DNA of 32,000 bases. Source: Paracoccus suum. GTDB taxonomy: Bacteria > Pseudomonadota > Alphaproteobacteria > Rhodobacterales > Rhodobacteraceae. Positions 21,240 through 29,574 of this stretch are shown piece after piece. Below the pieces are notes generated by a model. The model had not been told where the DNA came from and did no database searches. It saw only the letters and a program-made list of their open reading frames with translations. Position 1 is the stretch's first letter, and each line of letters begins with the position of its first letter. The translations under genes and the position numbers were made by a program. Location of the stretch: assembly GCF_003324675.1 (NCBI RefSeq), contig NZ_CP030918.1, positions 990,001 to 1,022,000 on the forward strand, given 5' to 3'.

Positions 21240-22153
21240 CAGATTTCCTCTGCCCAGGGTGGGTTTGCGCCGGGGCGCGAGACGCAGATTGCGGCCGCGC
21301 GCACGCCCAGCGATAGCGCCTCGGTCAGATCGTCCCGGTGCAGATCGGCGATGCGCCCGTGGCTGAGTGCGCCAAGGCGGTGCAGCCCGGCCATAACGCC
21401 CGCGTTGAAGGTATCGCCTGCGCCGATGGTGTCGGCCACTGTAACGGGCATCGAGGGTACAGTGATCGCACCCTGCCGGCGGTGGGCAGTCGCGCCATTG
21501 GCGCCATCAGTCGTCAGCACCAGCGACGGCCCGCGGCTGAGGACTTCGGCCACGCATTCCAGCACCTGACGCCCCGGCCAGAGCCAGGCAAGATCGTCCG
21601 CCGACAGCTTGACGATGGCGGCCAGGCGGATCAGCCGCATCAGGCGCGCCCGATGCGCCGCGGCGTCGGCGATGAAGAACGCCCGGACGTTAGGATCGAG
21701 AAAGATCGGACAATTTCCCGCCTCGCGCGCAGCCAGTGCCTCGACGGTCGCGCCGCAAGGGTCCGGCACCAAGCTGATGCCGCCGATCAGCAGCGCCTCT
21801 ACGCTGTCGGGTAGCGCCGGCGGTAGGTCGGCCGGGCTGAACAGGCGTCCTGCGGTACCGTCGTCATAGAAATCATAGCGCGCCTCGCCGCCCGTCAGGG
21901 TGACAAAGGCCAGCGTCGTCGGGCGATCGACCTCCGGGCAAAGGTTGATGGCGACACCAGCTTCGGCCAAGGGCGCGCGCAGCATCGCCGCGAATGGATC
22001 GCGCGAGAGCGGCCAGAGGAACCCGGCAGGCGCGCCCAGCCGGCCGAGGGCCACGGCGCTGTTGTAGACCGCCCCGCCCGGAAGCGGCCGAAAGCAGGCG
22101 CCCCCCTCGACCGGCACCATGTCGATCAGCGCCTCGCCGCAGCACAGGATCAT
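21239..22153 (-). CDS. PfkB-family carbohydrate kinase (fructokinase-like)
   Basis: 304 aa, [15 protein letters not shown]-terminus and the ribokinase-family ATP/anion-hole motif [17 protein letters not shown]. Confidence 0.85.
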   Translation of the reverse strand: MILCCGEALIDMVPVEGGACFRPLPGGAVYNSAVALGRLGAPAGFLWPLSRDPFAAMLRAPLAEAGVAINLCPEVDRPTTLAFVTLTGGEARYDFYDDGTAGRLFSPADLPPALPDSVEALLIGGISLVPDPCGATVEALAAREAGNCPIFLDPNVRAFFIADAAAHRARLMRLIRLAAIVKLSADDLAWLWPGRQVLECVAEVLSRGPSLVLTTDGANGATAHRRQGAITVPSMPVTVADTIGAGDTFNAGVMAGLHRLGALSHGRIADLHRDDLTEALSLGVRAAAICVSRPGANPPWAEEI

Positions 22154-22217
22154 TGCGCCATTTCCCCCGAGGTTTCCCGGACCGATTACACGACTGGCGG
22201 GGAAGGGGGAACGGGCG

Positions 22218-23555
22218 TCAATAGCCGCGAATCACATAGCCGCCGTTGTCGGGGACAGGCAGGAAGGTGCCGCTGCTGCCCGGCGTGGGGAAGCTGTCGT
22301 AGCTGGTGCCAAAGCCGCCGCTGTAGCCGGCGTCACCGCCGAACTGAATAAAACCGGCCTGTTGCGCCAGCCACAGGGCCAGGGCCGCAGCAAGCAGTGC
22401 GGCGATCACAGCGAAGGCGATTTTCCAAGCGGAGTAGGGCCGCTCGCCCTCGACCCGGCCGGTCTGGCCGTTCACCACGAAGCGATAGCTGGCGCCGTTG
22501 TAGCGATAGGCCGCGGACCAGATCGGCAGCAGGATGTGCTTGAACGTCTCGGCCGAGAAATCCGTCTCCAACGCCTCGATCTGCTGCTCGTCGCCGCCTA
22601 TGGCACGGCGCACGTCCATGGTGATGACATCGGCCATTTGCTGGCGGCAGACCTGATGCCCCTCGGCCAGCGGGACGGTGTAGCCCTCGGCCTCCAGCCC
22701 GGCGACATATTCGGGGCGGTAGGGGGTCAGTTGCGACAGATCCCACGGGGTCAGCGAATCGGTGAACCGACGCGGCAGCGAGGACGAGGCCAGCACCAGC
22801 ACATCGTCAAAGTCGCGCGCGACCTGGCCCGAGACGCGGGTCCAGGCAATGCGCCGCACCTGGGTCGGCACCTGCTGCATGCGTCCGTCGATCTGGCGGG
22901 TGACGTAGACGGTCTCGTAATAGGCATCGCCCCTTTGGCCGCGATAGGTGGTGCGGCTGTCGGCATCAAAGGTCCAGAACGGCGAATAGACCCCGACCAT
23001 GCGTCGGTTGCGGCGGGCATATTGGCGCAGCCCCGAGGGCGCGAACCACAGTCCGCGCAACCAGTCGCCGAGTGCGGCGCGGGCCTGCTCCTCGGTCAGC
23101 ACAAAGGGGAGGATGCCTTGCGGCTTTATCAGGCGCGTGGTGCCGGTGTCGGTGACCACCGGGGTCGCGCAGAACGGGCATTCGCTGGCCTGCAGGGTCG
23201 AGGACAGCTCCAGCCGCGCGCCGCAGTTGGGGCAGGAGACAGTGCGGATCACTGCGGTCAGATCGCTCTGCGCGTCGAGGCGCAGGCCGTCCTGCAACGG
23301 GATTTCTTCCAGCGTCGGCGCCTTGTGGCCGGCATCCCATTGCAGCGCCCGGCCGGTGCCGGGATCGCGGTTCAGAATCGCCTCGGCCTCGACCCCGCCG
23401 CCGGGCTGGCGCGAGGGCGCCCGCGCCAGCCCGCTGCCGATCTGCTGGACATGGCCGCAGTGATCGCAGGTCAGCACACGCTGGCCGGGCGCGAACCGCA
23501 GGCTGGCGCCGCAATTCTCGCACGGATAGCGAAACTCGGTCTGGGGCGTCGGCAT
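22218..23555 (-). CDS. double zinc-ribbon protein with uncharacterised central domain and C-terminal membrane anchor (possibly YdjG-like)
   Basis: 445 aa with two CxxC...CxxC ribbons (CENCG..CDHCG; CPNCG..CPFCA). A ~230-aa central domain, a TM helix (WKIAFAVIAALLAAALALWLA), and a Gly/Ser/Tyr-rich tail. Sits 21 nt downstream of the SPFH gene. High GC3. Confidence 0.75.
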   Translation of the reverse strand: MPTPQTEFRYPCENCGASLRFAPGQRVLTCDHCGHVQQIGSGLARAPSRQPGGGVEAEAILNRDPGTGRALQWDAGHKAPTLEEIPLQDGLRLDAQSDLTAVIRTVSCPNCGARLELSSTLQASECPFCATPVVTDTGTTRLIKPQGILPFVLTEEQARAALGDWLRGLWFAPSGLRQYARRNRRMVGVYSPFWTFDADSRTTYRGQRGDAYYETVYVTRQIDGRMQQVPTQVRRIAWTRVSGQVARDFDDVLVLASSSLPRRFTDSLTPWDLSQLTPYRPEYVAGLEAEGYTVPLAEGHQVCRQQMADVITMDVRRAIGGDEQQIEALETDFSAETFKHILLPIWSAAYRYNGASYRFVVNGQTGRVEGERPYSAWKIAFAVIAALLAAALALWLAQQAGFIQFGGDAGYSGGFGTSYDSFPTPGSSGTFLPVPDNGGYVIRGY

Positions 23556-23576
23556 GGCGCGGCGCTGTCCGGCGCG

Positions 23577-24743
23577 TCAGCCCTGTTGCGAGGTCGGTGG
23601 CACCGGCGGCGGGGTGGCCGGCAGCGGCGGCGGCTGGACGGTGAAGAGCTGCGCAAGCGCCTCGACCTCGCCCGCTGGGCGCCAGCCTTCGAGGCCGGGG
23701 GTCCAGACCAGCGTCTCGCGCGTGACGCTGCCGTCTTGGACAAGCCGGCCCAGGTGGGCACGCCCGTAGGGGCCGCCGGCGGCGCCGTCCTTGGCGATGT
23801 GCCACACCGTTTCGTGCTGTCCGGGCAAGGGCGGGGGCGCAGGGGTCGCCGCTGCGGCCGGCACCTTGCCCCAGGGGCCCGCGCGTCCGACACCCGCCGC
23901 GGCTGCGGCGCCGATGCCGGCGCCGATGCCGGCGCCAAGGCCCGCGCCGATCCCGGCCCCGATCCCACCATTTTCAGCGCCGCGAATCATCGCCTCGCCC
24001 ATGGCGTATTGGTTGAACCGGTTCAGATCGCCGACGATTCCCATCGAGGTGCGCTTGTCGAGCATCTTCTCGACGTCTTCGGGTAGCGAGATGTTCTCGA
24101 TATAGAATTCGGGGATGGTCAGGCCATATTCGGCGATCACCGGGGCGATGGCCTTGGCGATGATCTGGCCCAGGTCGCGGGTGTTCGCCGCCATGTCGAG
24201 GACCGGGATGTTGGATCCGGCGATGGTGCGACTGAACTCCTGCACGATCACGTTGCGGATCTGGAAGGCAATCTCGTCGGCGGTGAACTCCCCATCCGTG
24301 CCGACGATCTCGGCCATGAACTTTGCGGGGTCCGAGACGCGCATCGAGTAGGTGCCGAAGGCGCGCAGGCGAACCGGCCCGAACTCGGGATCGCGGGCGA
24401 TGATCGGATTGCGCGTGCCCCATTTCTGGTCGTTGAAGCGGGTCGTGTTGACGAAATAGATTTCGGACTTGAACGGGCTGCGAAAGCCATGGTCCCAGTG
24501 CTGCAGCCGGGTCAGGATGGGGATGTTGTTGGTCTCGAGCATCCACAGGCCCGGGCCGAAGGTGTCGGCGACCTGGCCCTCGTGGACAAAGACCGCCGCC
24601 TGGCCTTCGCGGACCGTCAGCTTGGCGCCGTATTTGATCGCCCGGCCCGCCGTCTCGAACCGCCAGACCATCGTGTCGCGGGTATCGTCGGTCCATTCGA
24701 TGACATCGATGAACTCGCCGGCGATGAAATCGAACAGGGCCAT
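23577..24743 (-). CDS. SPFH/band-7 domain protein of the YdjI / COG4260 type, with glycine-zipper segment and C-terminal GYF_2 (DUF4339) domain
   Basis: MALFDFIAGEFIDVIEW... N-terminus typical of COG4260 SPFH proteins. (GIGAG)n glycine-rich segment. C-terminal WHIAKDGAAGGPYGRAHLGRLVQDGSVTRETLVWTPGLEGWRPAGEVEALAQLF fits the GYF_2 pattern. ATG 24743 is preceded by GGAGGA. The track start at 24770 adds 9 residues. Confidence 0.85.
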   Translation of the reverse strand: MALFDFIAGEFIDVIEWTDDTRDTMVWRFETAGRAIKYGAKLTVREGQAAVFVHEGQVADTFGPGLWMLETNNIPILTRLQHWDHGFRSPFKSEIYFVNTTRFNDQKWGTRNPIIARDPEFGPVRLRAFGTYSMRVSDPAKFMAEIVGTDGEFTADEIAFQIRNVIVQEFSRTIAGSNIPVLDMAANTRDLGQIIAKAIAPVIAEYGLTIPEFYIENISLPEDVEKMLDKRTSMGIVGDLNRFNQYAMGEAMIRGAENGGIGAGIGAGLGAGIGAGIGAAAAAGVGRAGPWGKVPAAAATPAPPPLPGQHETVWHIAKDGAAGGPYGRAHLGRLVQDGSVTRETLVWTPGLEGWRPAGEVEALAQLFTVQPPPLPATPPPVPPTSQQG

Positions 24744-24800
24744 GGTGTCCTCCGCAAGGGTGTCGGGCATGAAAGCCCCGGCGCGGCCAAGGGTTCCCCC

Positions 24801-25979
24801 TCAGGGCGCGGCGGGAGCCGGTGGGTCGGTAGCGGGTTGAGGCGCGGTGGGGGCGACAGGCTGGGATGCCGGTTGGACCACCGGCTGGTCAGTAGCGGTT
24901 GCCGGGGCGCGATCGGCTGCGGGCGTTGCGATCTCGGCGGCGATGGTGGCGATGATCGGGCGCGCCTCGGTTTCGGTCATGCCCGGGCGCAGGCGCGGGT
25001 CATAGAGGATGCGCAGCAGCGCGGCGTCGTGCAGGGTCAGCGCCGCAAACGCCTCGTCATCGTTGAAGATGGATGGTCGCGCCGCGGGGCTGTCATTAGG
25101 AAGGCCCAGCCCCTGCGCCAGCTCCTCGTGAAAGCAGGCCATGCGCAGGCGGGCCGGCAATTCGCCCCGGATCAAGGCCACGGCATGGGTATAGGCGGCT
25201 GCATCGCCTCGGCTGGCATAAGAAAAGACTGTGCAGAAGGTCTGCGGCGACAACTGCCCCAGCGCCGCCGCGTCGGCGGGGGGAATGCCGGGCGCGAGGG
25301 CGGCGATGCGCGCCGGAATGCCCGCCCGGTCGTCCTCGGCCGCGACCATGACGATGAAATTCCCGCCCGATCCCACCAGCGAGACCGGATGCTGAGCGGC
25401 CTGCGCCAGGCGCGTCGCATAAGAGGCAACCGTCTGCCGGTCGCGGGCGCGCATCTCCGGCGGGATGCTGTCGCCGAACTCTAGCTGCAAGCGCACGTCG
25501 CCAGCCCAACGCCGCAGCGGCGCTGGGGTGGCATTGGCGCCCGCGGAGGGCGCGCCGAGGCTGGCATACTCGTCGCGCAGCGCAATCTGGACAAAATCCT
25601 CGGTCAGCCGGTCGGCCGAGAGCGGCCCTTCGGCGGCACCGTCGTCGGTGCGCAGCAATCCGCGCGACAGCAGCTGGCCTTCGATCCGCGAGAGGTAACC
25701 GGCCATGTCCTCGCTGCGCATGCTGCGCTTGGCCGATGCCTGCCGCGCCGCTTCGGCGCGCGCGAGGCGCAGTTCGGCCTGCGTCGGGCCAGGCCTGGCC
25801 GGTTTGGGCGGCGGCGCGGATGAGACGGGCTTTGACACAGGCTCCGGCGCAGGAGGAGGGGCCGGTGGCGGGCTGGGCGTGCAGGCGGCGAGCAGGGCAA
25901 GTGCGGGCAGTGTGCCCGCCGCGCAGAGAGGCAAGCGCGCGAGAGAACCGCGCAGGGGCAGGGCAGCCGGACCCATCAT
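24801..25979 (-). CDS. lipoprotein, DUF2927-like, with Pro-rich N- and C-terminal linkers
   Basis: Lipobox LALLAAC|T after a signal peptide. Core resembles the Rhodobacterales DUF2927 family as I recall it (LLSRGLLRTDDG, ALRDEYA, LRRW, FHEELAQGLGLPNDSPAARPSIFNDDE, LYDPRLRPGM). ATG overlaps the telA-family stop (ATGA). Confidence 0.65.
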   Translation of the reverse strand: MMGPAALPLRGSLARLPLCAAGTLPALALLAACTPSPPPAPPPAPEPVSKPVSSAPPPKPARPGPTQAELRLARAEAARQASAKRSMRSEDMAGYLSRIEGQLLSRGLLRTDDGAAEGPLSADRLTEDFVQIALRDEYASLGAPSAGANATPAPLRRWAGDVRLQLEFGDSIPPEMRARDRQTVASYATRLAQAAQHPVSLVGSGGNFIVMVAAEDDRAGIPARIAALAPGIPPADAAALGQLSPQTFCTVFSYASRGDAAAYTHAVALIRGELPARLRMACFHEELAQGLGLPNDSPAARPSIFNDDEAFAALTLHDAALLRILYDPRLRPGMTETEARPIIATIAAEIATPAADRAPATATDQPVVQPASQPVAPTAPQPATDPPAPAAP

Positions 25980-27154
25980 CGGGACGGAAGCGGCGCGGGC
26001 TGGCGCGCTTGCGAGGCGGCGAGCGCACGGCGCAGCTCATCCTCCATCTGCGTCAGTTCGGCCTCGGCGGCAGTGCGGCGCGCCTTGCCCTCGTCGGCAA
26101 TGCGCAGGCTGTCCTCGATGGTCGCAATAAGCTCGGCATTGGCGGTGCGCACGGCTTCGATGTCGAGCACACCGCGCTCGGTCTCGGTGCGGATGCGGGC
26201 GTTCGCCTGGCGCAGGTTGCGGGCGTTGGCGGTCAGCAGGTCATTGGTCAGGTCAGTCGCCTCGCGCACGGCGCCTGCGGCCTCGGCGCTGCGCTGGATG
26301 GTCACGGCCTGGGCCAACTGCGTCTCCCACAGGGGGACGGTGTTCACGAGCGTGCTGTTGATCTTGGTCACCAGCGACTTGTCGTTTTCCTGCACCAGCC
26401 GGATCGAGGGCAGCGACTGCATCGTCACCTGCCGTGTCAGGCGCAGGTCGTGCACGCGTCGATCCAGATCGTCGCGGAGCGCGCGCATGTCGCGCAATTG
26501 CTGCGCCTGCATGACCGCCTCACCGGCCTCCGCCGCATCAACCGCGCGCTGCTTTTCCGGGATCAGGGTGCCGTCCAACTCGGCCAGCTTGGCCTCGCCC
26601 GCGCTGATGTAGAGCGCCAACTCGTCATAGAACGCCAGTGTCCGCTCGTAGAGGATGTCGAGCGACTTGATGTCCTTCAGCAGCCGATGCTCATGCGTCA
26701 GCAAATCGTCCGTGATCTTGTCGATCTGGCCCTGCACGCTCTCGTAGTTGGCGACGAACTTGGCAAAGGGCGCGGCGCGTCCCGTCAGACGCTCCCACAG
26801 CGAGGGCTTGCGTCGCAGGTCGAGTTCGCTGACCGAAAAGCCGCGGATGGCCGACACAATGTCGCGCAGGCTTTCGCCCGCGGGCCCGACGTCCTTGTTG
26901 CGCACGTCGGCCAGCATCGCCTGGCTGATTTCCTGCAGCCCGGTCTGCGCGCGGCTGCCGAACCGGACAACGGAGGCGGAATCGCCGAGGTCGATCTCGG
27001 CCATGCGGGCGCGAATGTCGGCGGCTTCCGGGCCGCTGGCGGCCTCAAGCGTGGGGAGCGCCTGCTCGGCCGCGGGCTCTGGCAGGACGACCGCCGTGAC
27101 CCGTTCGATATCGGCCAGCGACTGCTGGGCCCGGGCTTGGGTATCGGTGGTCAT
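25976..27154 (-). CDS. telA: toxic anion resistance protein, TelA/YaaN family
   Basis: 392 aa, mostly helical. Family-typical DLGDSASVVRFGSRAQTGLQEISQAMLADVRNKDVGPAGESL, FAKFVANYESVQGQIDKITDDLLTHEHRLLKDIKSLDILYE, YISAGEAKLAEL. Confidence 0.88.
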   Translation of the reverse strand: MTTDTQARAQQSLADIERVTAVVLPEPAAEQALPTLEAASGPEAADIRARMAEIDLGDSASVVRFGSRAQTGLQEISQAMLADVRNKDVGPAGESLRDIVSAIRGFSVSELDLRRKPSLWERLTGRAAPFAKFVANYESVQGQIDKITDDLLTHEHRLLKDIKSLDILYERTLAFYDELALYISAGEAKLAELDGTLIPEKQRAVDAAEAGEAVMQAQQLRDMRALRDDLDRRVHDLRLTRQVTMQSLPSIRLVQENDKSLVTKINSTLVNTVPLWETQLAQAVTIQRSAEAAGAVREATDLTNDLLTANARNLRQANARIRTETERGVLDIEAVRTANAELIATIEDSLRIADEGKARRTAAEAELTQMEDELRRALAASQARQPAPLPSR

Positions 27155-27343
27155 GCGGCAGCTTCCCTTTCAGAGCGGGGCGAAGGTCTTATCTTACGCG
27201 GGGTCGGTGGCGAACGACAGATGCCGGGTAAAGTTCCCGGTTGATCCGGCACCGATCACGCCCTGTGGCGACGGCGTCACGCAGGCGGCGATCATCCATG
27301 TAAGAGGGACGCAGGGCCGGATTCCGGCCATTCCTTGCGACGA

Positions 27344-27380
27344 GGATATCCCTCCGCGCCGCGGCACGGAGGGATATTCC
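27344..27380 (-). terminator. hairpin just downstream of the fadB-like stop (possible terminator, or an operator upstream of telA)
   Basis: GGATATCCCTCCG-cgccgcggca-CGGAGGGATATTCC. 11-12 bp stem starting 11 nt after the stop. No T-tract follows on the minus strand. Confidence 0.45.
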
Positions 27381-27390
27381 AACGCCCGCA

Positions 27391-29574
27391 TCAGGCTGCC
27401 TTTTTGCCGTGGCTACCGAACCGACCATAAAAGCTCTCGCCCTTGTCGGCCATCTCGCGCAGCAGGGCGGGGACGGCGAAGCGCGGGCCGTAGGTTGCGG
27501 CCAAGTGGTCCGCGATCTCGACCGCGCGCGCGGCACCCAGCATGTCCAGCCAGCCGAACGGCCCGCCCGTCCATGGCGCAAAACCCCAGCCGAGGATCGC
27601 GCCGACATCGCCCTCGCGGATGTCGGTCAGCACCCCATCCTCGAGCGCCCGAACAGCCTCGAGCGCCTGGACGAACATCAGGCGGTGTTGCACCTCGGTC
27701 AACTCGGGCTGGTCAGCGGCGCGCGGGTATTGCGCCTTGAGGCCATCCCAGATGCCCTGCCGCTTGCCGTCCTGGTAGGCATAAAATCCGGCATCGGCCT
27801 TCTTGCCCAAGCGGCCCTGATCCGCCATCCAGAACAGCACGTCATCCACCGCGCCATCGGGGTAGTCGTCGCCCATCGCCGCCTTGGTCGCCTTGGCGAT
27901 CTTTACGCCCAGGTCGATGCTGGTCTCGTCCACCAGTTGCAGCGGTCCCAGCGGCATGCCCATCATCTTGGCCGCATTCTCGATCAGCGTCGGGTTCACC
28001 CCTTCGGCGACAAGGCGGATGCCCTCGTTGATGTAGGGGATGATGCAGCGGTTGGCGTAGAAAAACCGGGCATCGTTCACCACGATCGGGGTTTTTCGGA
28101 TCTGGCGTACGAAATCCAGCGCCTTGGCCACCGCCCGCTGGCCGGTTCTGGCGCCGCGGATGATCTCGACCAGCATCATCTTGTCGACCGGGCTGAAGAA
28201 GTGGATGCCGATGAACTGCTCTGGCCGGGCGCTGGCTTTGGCCAGCTCGCCGATCGGCAGGGTCGAAGTGTTGGTTGCAAAGATCGCGTCCTGCGGGATC
28301 ACGGCCTCGGCCTTCCGGGTGACTTCGGCCTTTACGGCGGGATCCTCGAACACCGCCTCGACGATCAGATCGCAGCCGGCGAGGGCGGCGTAATCGGTGG
28401 TCGCGAGGATGCGGCCCAGGACCTCGGTCTTTTTCTCCTCCGTCACCTTCCTGCGGCTGATGCCCTTGTCCAGAAGGCCGGCGCTGTAGGCCTTGCCCTT
28501 GTCTGCGGCCTCCTGCCTTGCGTCGATCAGCACGACCTCAATGTCGGCAAGCGCGCTGACATAGGCGATGCCCGCGCCCATCATCCCGGCGCCCAGGATG
28601 CCGACCCTGCGCACTTTTTCATCCGGCACGTCGGGGCGGTTCGCGCCTTTTTCCAGCGCGGTCTTGTTGATGAAGAGGCTGCGGATCATGTTGCCCGAAG
28701 AGGGGTTCATCAGCACGTTGGTGAACCAGCGCGCCTCGATCCTGAGGGCGGTGTCGAAATCGACCAGCGCCCCTTCGTAGACCGCCGACAGGAGGGCCTT
28801 CGCCGCGGGATAGACGCCAAGCGTCTTGCCGTGGACCATAGCGCTGGCCCCGACAAAGGTCATGAAGCCGGCCGGATGGAAGGGCGCGCCGCCGGGCATC
28901 TTGAAGCCCTTGACGTCCCACGGCTTGACGAGATCGTCCTTGGCCTGCAGCACCCACGCTTTTGCGGCGGCCAGCGGGTCCTCCACTACTTCGTCGATCA
29001 GACCGGCGGCCTTCGCGGCCTTGGGATCGGACAGCTTGCCCTCCAGCAGGAAGGGGGCGGCCATCATCGCCCCCAGCTTGCGCGTCAGGCGGGTCGTGCC
29101 GCCACTGCCGGGAAAGATCCCGACCATGATCTCGGGCAGGCCGATCTTGGCCTTCGGGTTGTCGGCGGCAAAGATGCGGTGGGTGGCCAGCGGCAGTTCC
29201 AGCCCGATCCCGAGAGCAGTGCCAGGCAAGGCGGCCGCGATCGGCTTGCCGCCCCTCAGCGTCTTGGGGTCCATGCCCGCGCGCTCGATCTTGCGCAGGA
29301 TGCGGTGCAGCGCCATCACGCCGTCGAACACGCCCTGCGCGCCACCTGCCTCCTTCATGCCGGCGATGACGTTGAGGTCCATTCCGCCGGCGAAATCGTC
29401 CTTGCCGCTGGTGATGACGATGCCCTTGACGGAGTCGTCAGCCAACGCCTCGTCGATCAGGCGGTCAAGCGTCTCCGCGCCATCCATCGACAATACGTTC
29501 ATCGATTTTCCGGGCACGTCCCAGGTGATGACAGCGACGCCGTCGTCGCCCTTCTGCATGGTGAAATCGGTCAT
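27391..29574 (-). CDS. fadB: multifunctional fatty-acid oxidation protein: enoyl-CoA hydratase / 3-hydroxyacyl-CoA dehydrogenase (FadB/FadJ-like)
   Basis: 727 aa. N-terminal crotonase fold (ITSGKDDFAGGMDL, GLPEIMVGIFPGSGGTTRL). Central NAD Rossmann motif (VGILGAGMMGAGIA) and 3HCDH C-terminal domains. ATG overlaps the cupin stop (ATGA). Confidence 0.93.
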   Translation of the reverse strand: MTDFTMQKGDDGVAVITWDVPGKSMNVLSMDGAETLDRLIDEALADDSVKGIVITSGKDDFAGGMDLNVIAGMKEAGGAQGVFDGVMALHRILRKIERAGMDPKTLRGGKPIAAALPGTALGIGLELPLATHRIFAADNPKAKIGLPEIMVGIFPGSGGTTRLTRKLGAMMAAPFLLEGKLSDPKAAKAAGLIDEVVEDPLAAAKAWVLQAKDDLVKPWDVKGFKMPGGAPFHPAGFMTFVGASAMVHGKTLGVYPAAKALLSAVYEGALVDFDTALRIEARWFTNVLMNPSSGNMIRSLFINKTALEKGANRPDVPDEKVRRVGILGAGMMGAGIAYVSALADIEVVLIDARQEAADKGKAYSAGLLDKGISRRKVTEEKKTEVLGRILATTDYAALAGCDLIVEAVFEDPAVKAEVTRKAEAVIPQDAIFATNTSTLPIGELAKASARPEQFIGIHFFSPVDKMMLVEIIRGARTGQRAVAKALDFVRQIRKTPIVVNDARFFYANRCIIPYINEGIRLVAEGVNPTLIENAAKMMGMPLGPLQLVDETSIDLGVKIAKATKAAMGDDYPDGAVDDVLFWMADQGRLGKKADAGFYAYQDGKRQGIWDGLKAQYPRAADQPELTEVQHRLMFVQALEAVRALEDGVLTDIREGDVGAILGWGFAPWTGGPFGWLDMLGAARAVEIADHLAATYGPRFAVPALLREMADKGESFYGRFGSHGKKAA

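Noticed and set aside
22119-24086. 655-aa plus-strand ORF opposite the Zn-ribbon and SPFH genes. The same applies to 25736-27244 (+) opposite telA, 27409-29598 (+) opposite the fadB-like gene, and 29574-30824 and 30176-31552 (+) opposite the cupin and fadA.
   Set aside because: In each case the opposite strand encodes a protein with clear family motifs. These frames give Arg/Gly/Asp-rich featureless products, so they are antisense artefacts.
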